From an uncultured Chitinophagales bacterium (GTDB lineage Bacteria > Bacteroidota > Bacteroidia > Chitinophagales > JADIYW01), in NCBI GenBank assembly GCA_964490845.1, contig CAZBED010000001.1, forward strand, positions 486,650 through 550,649: 64,000 nt of DNA, written 5' to 3'. The position numbers were made by a program, and so were the translations under genes. The number at the start of each line of letters is the position of its first letter. Position 1 is the first letter of the stretch. The notes below the pieces were generated by a model. The model ran no database searches. It was not told the origin of the DNA and worked only from the letters and a program-made list of their open reading frames with translations. Shown in pieces: positions 8,997 through 17,661 of this stretch.

Positions 8997-10802
8997 TCAG
9001 ACATTTTTAAACTGCAGGCTTACATTCTTATTACACGCCATCAAAACACCTTGCTCCCCTGTCTGTATCTCCGCCGCGTTTCCCTCGTCGGTATCAATAT
9101 GCATTTCTAATTTAAATTTGTCAGAAACACGAATCAGTACATTTTTAAATGTCAGTGGCCGATCATCGTCATCCACATCCACGCTCACCATATCCCTGTC
9201 GTTCACACCAAACCTTTTCGCATCATCGGGATGCATGTGAATATGACGGAGCGCCACAATCACACCTTCTTTGATGGCAGTAGTTCCTGCATTTCCGATT
9301 AAAGTGATGCCCGGAGAACCCGCCACATTGCCGCTATCCCTGACCGGTGCGTCAATGCCCAGAAAAAACTCATCCGTCTTGGAAATCTCTACCTGATCTT
9401 TCGGACGAAGCGGTCCCAATATTCTGACATTCTCAATCCGGTTTCTGGGCCCCACCAAGGTCACCATTTCGTTTGCAGCAAACTGGCCGGGTTGTGACAA
9501 TGGCTTGTAAACAGTCAGCTCATAATCTTTTCCAAACAGCTTATCCAGGGTTTCTCTGGTCAGATGCACATGCCTGGCAGAAATGGCAATCGGTATTTTG
9601 GGAAGCATATTGACTTTATTTTTTTCTTCCAGAATCTTTTGAGCTTCCAGCGCAATCGCATATTGTTCATCCGTCTTAATTACCAGTATTCTTACTCTTG
9701 AGTGTTCTTCCGATATATTGATGACATCCTGTTCGTCAGTCAGGACAGCGGATTTATTTTTGTCTTCATCCAGTTTGATTCCTAAGAAGTCCAGGCCCTG
9801 ACAAGTCCTGTTTCTTATTTCGAGGCTATTTTCACCGATTCCTGCAGTAAAGATTAACACGTCTACACCCCCCATTACTGCAGCATAGGCGCCGATATAT
9901 TTTGTAAGGCGATGCGTAAACACATGTATCGCCAGCCGGCAGTCTTCATTACCATTTTCTGCCTGAATCAGGATATCCCTTAAATCATTTCCAATACCAC
10001 TTAATCCGGATAAACCTGATTGATTATTTAAAAAATCCTCCGTCTGTTTTGGTGTCCATCCTTCTTTTTCCTGCAAGAATGTAATAACGCCGGGATCGAT
10101 ATCGCCACAGCGGGTACCCATGACCAATCCTTCCATCGGGGTCATACCCATTGAGGTTTCAATACTTCTGCCATACTCGATAGCACAGACACTGGATCCG
10201 TTTCCTAAATGACAGGATATGACGCGAAGGTTCCGGATGTCTTCATCCAGATAATTGCTTGCCCTTTCAGCTACATATTTATGACTCGTTCCATGAAATC
10301 CATACCTTCTGACGGAATATCTGTCTGCCGTCTTTTTATCAATGGAGTAGTACTGCGCCCGTTTAGGTAATGTCTGATGAAAAGCCGTATCAAACACTGC
10401 GATATTAGGGAGGGTTCCAAAAACTTCTTTTGACATTCTTATTCCGGACAAATGCGCAGGATGGTGCAGTGGTGCTAAATCGCTCAATTCACGAATTGCA
10501 TCCTCAACGCTTACATCAATTAACACCGGCTGGCTGTATTTGTCACCGCCGTGTACAATGCGATGACCTATCCCTTCAAGATTGATTTCTTTTAATACTG
10601 ATTTCAGCTGTATCAAACAAAATTTTATGATGCTATCCAATGTCAACTCCCCTTGATATATCAGTTTAGTATCGTTTAATAGTATCTGAGGAGTATCAGG
10701 TATACGTTCAGCAGTAAGAGACAATACGGCAGAATGATGCAATGTATCAATAACATCCGCTTTAACGGAAGAGCTGCCGCAATTTATGGTCAGAATATAC
10801 AT
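8997..10802 (-). CDS. ackA: acetate/propionate kinase fused to PduL-type phosphate acyltransferase
   Basis: Residues 1 to about 392 are AckA (MYILTINCGSSSVKADV..., FHGTSHKY, GIGENS). Residues from about 403 to 590 carry both PduL repeats (ISARHVHLTRE..., VALRHIHMHPDDA..., KLEMHIDTDEGNAA). It is one continuous 601-aa frame. Confidence 0.9.
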   Translation of the reverse strand: MYILTINCGSSSVKADVIDTLHHSAVLSLTAERIPDTPQILLNDTKLIYQGELTLDSIIKFCLIQLKSVLKEINLEGIGHRIVHGGDKYSQPVLIDVSVEDAIRELSDLAPLHHPAHLSGIRMSKEVFGTLPNIAVFDTAFHQTLPKRAQYYSIDKKTADRYSVRRYGFHGTSHKYVAERASNYLDEDIRNLRVISCHLGNGSSVCAIEYGRSIETSMGMTPMEGLVMGTRCGDIDPGVITFLQEKEGWTPKQTEDFLNNQSGLSGLSGIGNDLRDILIQAENGNEDCRLAIHVFTHRLTKYIGAYAAVMGGVDVLIFTAGIGENSLEIRNRTCQGLDFLGIKLDEDKNKSAVLTDEQDVINISEEHSRVRILVIKTDEQYAIALEAQKILEEKNKVNMLPKIPIAISARHVHLTRETLDKLFGKDYELTVYKPLSQPGQFAANEMVTLVGPRNRIENVRILGPLRPKDQVEISKTDEFFLGIDAPVRDSGNVAGSPGITLIGNAGTTAIKEGVIVALRHIHMHPDDAKRFGVNDRDMVSVDVDDDDRPLTFKNVLIRVSDKFKLEMHIDTDEGNAAEIQTGEQGVLMACNKNVSLQFKNV

Positions 10803-10928
10803 CTAAAAATTTTGATGAAGATAAGAAAATTCAACGCATCAGCATCCGTCCAACGTTAACCAAAATTAAACAATCGTTTGGTTGATTTCTACTTATTTAT
10901 ACCTACCTTAATTGTCAAATTAAAAACT

Positions 10929-13010
10929 ATGCAAAAACTTTTTTTTACCCTTACTCTCCTTTCCTCTTTCTACATTTCATCAGCCATTGAAATCAATATC
11001 AAGAACATCCAAATTATCCGTGACAAATGGGGCGTTCCACATATCTACGGAAAAACGGACGAAGAAGTGGCATACGGTCTGGCCTGGGCGACCTGCGAAG
11101 ACGATATCAAATCGATGCGGGAGAATCTGTTGACAGCAAGAGGCAGACTGGCCGAACTGAAAGGTAAAGACGGCGCTATCATGGATTTTTTGTGTGCGTT
11201 TATCGGAGCCAGAGAAAGTGTAGAAAAAAACTATGACAAAAGTTTTTCACCTAAATTTAAAAACATATTAAGTGCTTATGTCCTGGCATGTAACAACTAT
11301 ATCAAGGCACACCCCAAAGAAGAACAAATGCACGATTTGCTCCCTATTACAGAGAAAGACATGATAGTTGGATATACCATTGGATTGGCGCTGATGACGA
11401 ATGTGCCTTTTACACTGATGAAGATATCCAACGGAACACTGAAGACAGACATGCTGACTGCACCCAAAGGCTCCAATGGATTTGCTGTCAACAGTTCAAA
11501 AACAAAAGACGGTCACACTTATCTGGGTATCAACTCGCATCAGCCGCTGGAAGGTCCTTATTCCTGGTATGAGGCGCATGTGCATTCAGATGAAGGCTGG
11601 GATATGTTAGGCGGTACATTTCCCGGCGGTGTAACCATTTTTCACGGTGTTAATCAGTATTTAGGATGGGCGCATACAGTCAGTATGGCTGATCATGATG
11701 ATGTCTATCTGTTGCGGATGCATCCGACCGAAAAACATAAATATTACTTTGACGGCAAGTGGCTTGATTTGGTAGAGAAGAAAGTAAAACTAAAAGTAAA
11801 ACTTTTCTGGTTCATCAAAATTCCCGTCACCAAAACCTATTATGAGAGTGTGTACGGGCCTGTAATGGAAAAAGACGGGAAGTATTTTGCCATGCGTTTC
11901 CCTTCATCTTTTGATATCAGAGGCGCTGAGCAATGGTACCACATGAACAAAGCTAAAAATCTGGAAGAATTTCAACAGGCGCTAAAGATGATGGCATTAC
12001 CCGGCCTGAACATCATCTATGCGGACAGAGATGACAATATATTGTATATCGACAACGGACACTTTCCTAAAAGGAACAAAAATTACAACTGGTGGAATGT
12101 GCTTCCCGGTGACACTTCCGCCACCTTGTGGAAGGCCAATGATTATTATCCGTATGACAGCCTTGTAAAAATGATTAACCCCAAATGCGGGTATATTTTC
12201 AACAACAACAATACTCCCTTCAACTGCACTTCCAAAGAAGATAATCCTGTGAAATCCCTGAGCACGTTAACTCCTTATTATTTTGCGTATGACGACAACC
12301 GTTCCCTGCGTACCAGCTACCTGTTCGGAAATTGCGGAAAGATATCATACGATGAGTTTAAAAACATAAAATACGACCAATCGTTCCTGAATCCCGCATA
12401 CAACTATGCGATGACAAACATTGAAGATCTGTTACATCTTGATATAAAAAAATATCCTCAGATAAAAGAAAGCATCCATGTGTTAAACAAATGGAACAGG
12501 AGTGCTGATGTTAATAATAAACAGGCTGCCATTGTAGCAATAGTCATTCGTAAAGTAATTGACAAACTGATTGAAGAAGGACATTTTCCCGCAACGCGGA
12601 CAAAAATAAAAGAATGGTTTCTGGTACAATGTGTTGAAGAAGCACAAGAACATCTGAAAAAACATTTTGGCACTCTTGAAGTCCCGTTGGGAGATTTACA
12701 ACATCTGGTAAGAGGAAAAAAAGAACTGCCAATTGGAGGCATCCCCGATGTGATAGCAGCCATGTGGATTGCAGAACACAAAAATGGCATGTACAAAGCT
12801 GAAACGGGTGAAACTTATATACAACTTGTGCAGTTTACCAAAGACGGACCGATTATTGAGAGTGTATCCCCTTACGGTGCCAGCAATGTGGAAGGCAACA
12901 AACATTATGACGATCAGATGGATTTATTCGTACAAAAGAAATGTAAAAAGATGAGTATGAAGTACGAAGAAATTATGAAAGAAAAAGAGCGCATCTATCA
13001 CCCCGGCTAG
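10929..13010 (+). CDS. penicillin/AHL acylase family protein (Ntn hydrolase, S45)
   Basis: The junction PKG-SNGFAVNSSKTKDGHTYLGINSHQP contains the nucleophile Ser of the beta subunit. Signal peptide MQKLFFTLTLLSSFYISSA. I prefer the ATG at 10929 over the upstream TTG at 10878. Confidence 0.9.
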   Translation: MQKLFFTLTLLSSFYISSAIEINIKNIQIIRDKWGVPHIYGKTDEEVAYGLAWATCEDDIKSMRENLLTARGRLAELKGKDGAIMDFLCAFIGARESVEKNYDKSFSPKFKNILSAYVLACNNYIKAHPKEEQMHDLLPITEKDMIVGYTIGLALMTNVPFTLMKISNGTLKTDMLTAPKGSNGFAVNSSKTKDGHTYLGINSHQPLEGPYSWYEAHVHSDEGWDMLGGTFPGGVTIFHGVNQYLGWAHTVSMADHDDVYLLRMHPTEKHKYYFDGKWLDLVEKKVKLKVKLFWFIKIPVTKTYYESVYGPVMEKDGKYFAMRFPSSFDIRGAEQWYHMNKAKNLEEFQQALKMMALPGLNIIYADRDDNILYIDNGHFPKRNKNYNWWNVLPGDTSATLWKANDYYPYDSLVKMINPKCGYIFNNNNTPFNCTSKEDNPVKSLSTLTPYYFAYDDNRSLRTSYLFGNCGKISYDEFKNIKYDQSFLNPAYNYAMTNIEDLLHLDIKKYPQIKESIHVLNKWNRSADVNNKQAAIVAIVIRKVIDKLIEEGHFPATRTKIKEWFLVQCVEEAQEHLKKHFGTLEVPLGDLQHLVRGKKELPIGGIPDVIAAMWIAEHKNGMYKAETGETYIQLVQFTKDGPIIESVSPYGASNVEGNKHYDDQMDLFVQKKCKKMSMKYEEIMKEKERIYHPG

Positions 13011-13042
13011 AAATGGAGAAATAAAATCAGAAATACTTTAGC

Positions 13043-13861
13043 ATGAAGAAAATACCTATTCAACTTGGCCGCGTTCAGGAAACCCTGTTGTTGCCATTGG
13101 TCTCCAGAGCAAAAGAAACAGAATATAAACATCCGTTGCTGAATGATGTAAAGGCGGTTGAATTATTCAGCCAGCTGGAGGTCGACAGGAAAAAACTGCT
13201 CCGTAATATAACAGAGATTGGCGTTCATGGATTATGCTACCGCGCATACAAAATGGACGAAGCGATCAGGAATTTTTTACGGCAACATCCTAATGGGAAA
13301 ATTTTGGACATCGGTGCCGGATTAGACACTACCTATTACCGATGTGACAATGGCACAGCGTTGTGGTATGATTTGGATTTACCCGATTCCATTGCGTTAC
13401 GGACACAACTTCTCCCTCCTCCCAACAACAGGGTCACCTATATTGCAAAGTCCATGCTGGATTATACCTGGATAGATGACATCGGAGATATTTCGGACGG
13501 ATTGTTCATTACCATACCCGGTGTATTGCCTTACTTCAAGGAAGAGGATGTCAAAACATTTTTGACCACCATTGCTCCCCGCTTGAAGGGAGCGGAAATC
13601 CTGTTTGATGTGATATCGCATTTTGCTAAATTTTTTGTAGACTTCCGTATCAAAGCGGCAGGGATGAAACAAGCACATCTGGAATGGGGAATTTTAAAAC
13701 CCGAAACTGTTACTAACTGGAGCGAACACATTAAACTGGTCAAAGCCATTAAATTTTTTGAAGATATGCCGAAGTCCAACCAGCGGATAAGTACCAGAAT
13801 TGCCATGAGGTTTAACAAAATCATGGATATGACCCAATTGTTTCACCTGCGTTTTGTATAA
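13043..13861 (+). CDS. class I SAM-dependent methyltransferase (LCM / TcmP-like O-methyltransferase)
   Basis: LDIGAGLDTTYYR SAM-binding motif; 272 aa; starts 32 nt after the acylase gene. Confidence 0.8.
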   Translation: MKKIPIQLGRVQETLLLPLVSRAKETEYKHPLLNDVKAVELFSQLEVDRKKLLRNITEIGVHGLCYRAYKMDEAIRNFLRQHPNGKILDIGAGLDTTYYRCDNGTALWYDLDLPDSIALRTQLLPPPNNRVTYIAKSMLDYTWIDDIGDISDGLFITIPGVLPYFKEEDVKTFLTTIAPRLKGAEILFDVISHFAKFFVDFRIKAAGMKQAHLEWGILKPETVTNWSEHIKLVKAIKFFEDMPKSNQRISTRIAMRFNKIMDMTQLFHLRFV

Positions 13862-13862
13862 T

Positions 13863-15032
13863 TTATTCCACCACAATTTTCTCGGTGGCAAGGATGCCAT
13901 TCTCACCTGACAGCTGTATAAGATATACTCCGGCAGGAATCTTTTCATCTATGGAAAGTGATGGTTGTTGTGATTTGACCTCTGTTGAATAAATTATATT
14001 ACCGGCAATGGAGTAAATACGAAGTACATTGGCCTTCTCTTTAACAGATGAAAAATCTACCGTTAATTTTCCACCGGTAGGGTTTGGATAAATATTCAGC
14101 CCTGCCTTGTTCTGCTGGTTATTTCTGACGTCTGACAGGACAGACGTTCGTGCATACTGCCTGAAGAACTCCCAGATTGTCTGACAATAGGAGATGTCAT
14201 TTGCCGGCAAACCATACCATCTGTGTTCTCCATTAATGACTTTATAAAAAATGACTTTACTATTTTCTTTACCATTGTTATATACAAACCGGACAAAACG
14301 CTTTCCATCATTAGCAAGATTGGGCATGGTATCTATCACAGGTGTCATATTGCATTGATTTTGTGTAGCCCAAAATTTGACGGTATTCTCCGCACTCATA
14401 CCCAACCCGGGCAGGAACCCGAGTGTGCTGGTACCAAAATATCCAATCGTTGCATCATTTGTACCATGAAACTTGAGATAAGGCATAGATTTTGCCGGTA
14501 GCACCGTCAGTGAATTTCCTCTCAAACCGGAAACATTGGCAGCGGCTGCAAATCTGTTGCTGTTCTCTGCCGCCAGTCTGTCCGTCATAAACCCGCCAAA
14601 AGAAAATCCAAAGACATACATTCTGGCAGTATCAATCTTGTATTTTGAAATAACGGTATCCACCAACGCGTTGATAAAGGCATTATCCTTAACGCCGTTG
14701 TTAATAACAACGATTCCGGTACTCGCTCCGGAATTCCATGCATTTGCACCCAAAACCGGATCCGGCAATGCTTCAGGATAAACGCAAATATAGTTAGCGG
14801 TATCGGCAATATCGGACATGCAAATTCGGCTGAAATTGCCGATTGTATCGCCAAATCCGTGCAGCCCGACCAACAAGGGTACCGCTTTATTTTGAGTGGT
14901 GTAGATATCCGGAACGTAAACAATATATTTCCTGTTTACATTATCAAAGCGCATGGTACCGTTAATAAAACCTGCTAAAACCGGCAAAATGTATACACAC
15001 GATGCCATTAGAAATGTAATCGTTCTTTTCAT
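13863..15032 (-). CDS. PHB-depolymerase/feruloyl-esterase family esterase with T9SS C-terminal sorting domain
   Basis: RKYIVYVP...PLLVGLHGFGDT and the nucleophile elbow GFSFGGFM. C-terminus NIYPNPTGGKLTVDFSS...GVYLIQLSGENGILATEKIVVE. Confidence 0.85.
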   Translation of the reverse strand: MKRTITFLMASCVYILPVLAGFINGTMRFDNVNRKYIVYVPDIYTTQNKAVPLLVGLHGFGDTIGNFSRICMSDIADTANYICVYPEALPDPVLGANAWNSGASTGIVVINNGVKDNAFINALVDTVISKYKIDTARMYVFGFSFGGFMTDRLAAENSNRFAAAANVSGLRGNSLTVLPAKSMPYLKFHGTNDATIGYFGTSTLGFLPGLGMSAENTVKFWATQNQCNMTPVIDTMPNLANDGKRFVRFVYNNGKENSKVIFYKVINGEHRWYGLPANDISYCQTIWEFFRQYARTSVLSDVRNNQQNKAGLNIYPNPTGGKLTVDFSSVKEKANVLRIYSIAGNIIYSTEVKSQQPSLSIDEKIPAGVYLIQLSGENGILATEKIVVE

Positions 15033-15072
15033 AAAAGAAAATCAGTTAGATATATAAACACGAAAAAAAATC

Positions 15073-16251
15073 TTATTTATTTGCCTTCTTGGCTGCTTTT
15101 GCTTCTCTTTTCGGAATCACCTTTGCTCCTCTTCTTTTATCCCAGTTTTCATTAAAGTTCATCCTTACGCCCAAATTAAAATACATCGTAGAGGCATTGT
15201 ATTTTTGTGCCGGTTCGTCCATAGGTTTATCAATATCAATTTTCTTCAAATCCGTTCCGATGGTATAACGCAACGTATTGGACTCTTCGGTTATCTCGCC
15301 ATGATATACAAAATGCTTCAGGTATTCCGGTGCTTCATCAACACTGGCTATGTTTAACGGTATCGGTGTAAGTACGGAAATTAAAGGAAGCAGCGTAGAT
15401 TCTGTTTTCACAGAGAACTCTGAAAACTTCGTTTCCTTTGGCCTTATCGTAAATGCCTGAATGCGGAATTCTGCAAAAGCCCATACATTTTTAAACAACC
15501 GAACATCAAAAGCGATAGATGTACTGACACCAATCGTTGGGTGTAAGGATGTTTTAGCAACTGCCGTATATTCCATGCTATAGCTGGCATCTATTAAGGT
15601 CAGGGGTATAGTTGGCAAACCGGCCAGTGTTTCAAGTAATCTGCCGGAATGGTCAATCACTTTAGCCCTGGAAACCGGTGCTCCGCCAATTGGCAGGCAC
15701 AATCCGGCTTTACCTGTGATACCAAAACGCTTGCCATTGTCCCAATGCATCACCAGATGCGGATTGATATAAATAGCTGGCTTGATTTTGGTGTACTCTT
15801 CTGCGAAATAGGAAGCTTTATTTCCATTTGACAATGTCACATCCGTATTGATTCGGGCATCCAGTTGCTCGGGATGGATGGCAATAGTATGCAATACATC
15901 AATGCCTACATATTTGTTGAACATATGCCCCCATCCGAAGCTGGCAGCCCATCCACCACCCAACGTACCGAAAATCGGTTTGGCACTCAGTGACGTATCT
16001 GTCTGGTTCCAGTCTTTGTTACCTACTTCTTTATAAGGAGAAAATTTATTCGTACTCAAGAAGGGTATACCATAGCCGGCTGTTCCGTAAATATACCATC
16101 CCTTACCTTCCGGTCTGGTTACTTTTTTCCTGATATTCAGCTTGCTTTCAGGAGCGGGCGCTACCGGGCCTTTTGCTTTTTTAGGTGCCGTCTCCGCCGA
16201 CAGTGTATTTTGTATTATAAAGGTCAACAACAGTACAATCAATTTCTTCAT
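15073..16251 (-). CDS. putative outer-membrane protein, unknown family (paralogue A)
   Basis: Signal peptide MKKLIVLLLTFIIQNTLSA (ATG at 16251 preferred over 16281). Alternating beta-strand-like pattern. Shares long blocks with the next gene. Confidence 0.75.
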   Translation of the reverse strand: MKKLIVLLLTFIIQNTLSAETAPKKAKGPVAPAPESKLNIRKKVTRPEGKGWYIYGTAGYGIPFLSTNKFSPYKEVGNKDWNQTDTSLSAKPIFGTLGGGWAASFGWGHMFNKYVGIDVLHTIAIHPEQLDARINTDVTLSNGNKASYFAEEYTKIKPAIYINPHLVMHWDNGKRFGITGKAGLCLPIGGAPVSRAKVIDHSGRLLETLAGLPTIPLTLIDASYSMEYTAVAKTSLHPTIGVSTSIAFDVRLFKNVWAFAEFRIQAFTIRPKETKFSEFSVKTESTLLPLISVLTPIPLNIASVDEAPEYLKHFVYHGEITEESNTLRYTIGTDLKKIDIDKPMDEPAQKYNASTMYFNLGVRMNFNENWDKRRGAKVIPKREAKAAKKANK

Positions 16252-16340
16252 AGCCGAATTTTTATGGATTTGTTTTAACATCGTTGTTGTTTTAAAACTT
16301 TAAAAATCAAAATTCTTTCAAGCCCGTCAAATTTTCTTTT

Positions 16341-17492
16341 TTATTTCCTTTTAGATGTTCCGTTGCGCTGTGCTTCCCGTTTCTTTGCCATCAGGTCAAA
16401 ATCAATTCTAAGGCCGGCATTAAAGTACATGGTAGAAGCATTGAATTTTTGTCCGGGTTCATCCATAGGTTTAGTAATATCAACTTCCGGTATGTTCGGA
16501 TCCAGATTGATAATTTCCTTAAATCCGTACCTGGCAGTATTGGATTCCTTGGTAATTTCATTTCTGTAAATGTAGTGTATTAAGAATTCCGGTGCCTCTC
16601 CAGCGCTGTTTACGTTAGACGGTATAACCAATAAGCCGTTTGGAGCGGGTATCTTGATACCTAACACATTAATACTGGATGTTTGCCTGAATTCATCAAA
16701 AATGGTCTCTTTCAGGTTGATGGTATACGCCTGTACTCTTGCTTCCGCAAACAATGTTACACGTTTACTGAGTTTAACATCAAATCCTATGGAGGCGCTC
16801 ACACCAACGGTTGGTTTATAAGAAGTGTGTGCATTGGCGCTGAGTTCTATTTCCAATCCTATAAGTCCGGGTAATGCTAACGGAATTATCGGATAACCCG
16901 CGAGGGTTTCTATAATTCTGCCTTGTTTATCGAGGATATACGCTCGTGACTGTGTCTTACCGAAAATAGGCAATACCAGCCCTGCCTTACCGGTGATGCC
17001 AAATCGCTTGCCGTTATCCCAACGCATGATTAAGTGCGGGGAGATATAAATACCGAATGTCCCTGTCTTCTGAGTTGCATAATAGGTATCCAAATCAATA
17101 CGAGCGTCCAGTTGCTCCGGGTGCCACGCAATGGTATGCAGAACATCAATACCGATATATTTATTAAACATGTGCCCCCATCCTAAATTGAAAGCAAAAC
17201 CACCACCGTTTGTACCAAATAATGGCTTGACACTTAATTCACCATTTTTCTGATACCAGTCTTTGTCACCAATTTCTTTGAGCGGGGAACGTTTATTGGT
17301 GGATAAAAATGGAATCCCATACCCCGCACTGAACGTAACGTACCAGTCTTTACCCAGCGGACGAATCACATTCTTCCGGATGCGCAATTTGAGCGGCTCC
17401 TTAGCAGCGACAGAACCATTATCTGATGATTGTTGTCCGAAAATAAGCATAGAAGAAAGAACCAGAACCGCGGAAGTAATCAATTTTTTCAT
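16341..17492 (-). CDS. putative outer-membrane protein, unknown family (paralogue B)
   Basis: Signal peptide MKKLITSAVLVLSSMLIFG. Blocks shared with paralogue A include GYGIPFLSTNK, GWGHMFNKY-GIDVLHTIA-HPEQLDARI, WDNGKRFGITGKAGL and KPMDEP-QK-NASTMYFN. Confidence 0.75.
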   Translation of the reverse strand: MKKLITSAVLVLSSMLIFGQQSSDNGSVAAKEPLKLRIRKNVIRPLGKDWYVTFSAGYGIPFLSTNKRSPLKEIGDKDWYQKNGELSVKPLFGTNGGGFAFNLGWGHMFNKYIGIDVLHTIAWHPEQLDARIDLDTYYATQKTGTFGIYISPHLIMRWDNGKRFGITGKAGLVLPIFGKTQSRAYILDKQGRIIETLAGYPIIPLALPGLIGLEIELSANAHTSYKPTVGVSASIGFDVKLSKRVTLFAEARVQAYTINLKETIFDEFRQTSSINVLGIKIPAPNGLLVIPSNVNSAGEAPEFLIHYIYRNEITKESNTARYGFKEIINLDPNIPEVDITKPMDEPGQKFNASTMYFNAGLRIDFDLMAKKREAQRNGTSKRK

Positions 17493-17661
17493 GTGTATTT
17501 TTTTGTAGTTTTTTGTTAGAGTACAGAACTGGAAAACATCCTCCCAAACCCTTCACTCTGTTACATTTAAAGTTATTTTTTGTTAATGCCGACGTAATAT
17601 TACGCAAAAGTGCAGGAATACAAAAATAATGAGACATAAATATCTAATCTAATTATTATCC

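Noticed and set aside
10878-10928. Upstream TTG start for the acylase, and similar N-terminal extensions at 16281, 23726, 34128 and 51307
   Set aside because: In each case an internal ATG gives a canonical signal peptide or a family-typical N-terminus. The extensions add hydrophobic or odd residues only. This is a judgement call, not proof.
17593-17604. 12-bp palindrome CGTAATATTACG downstream of the FabG4-like gene
   Set aside because: It has no loop and no T-tract, so it is a poor terminator. It is short enough to be chance and has no second copy.
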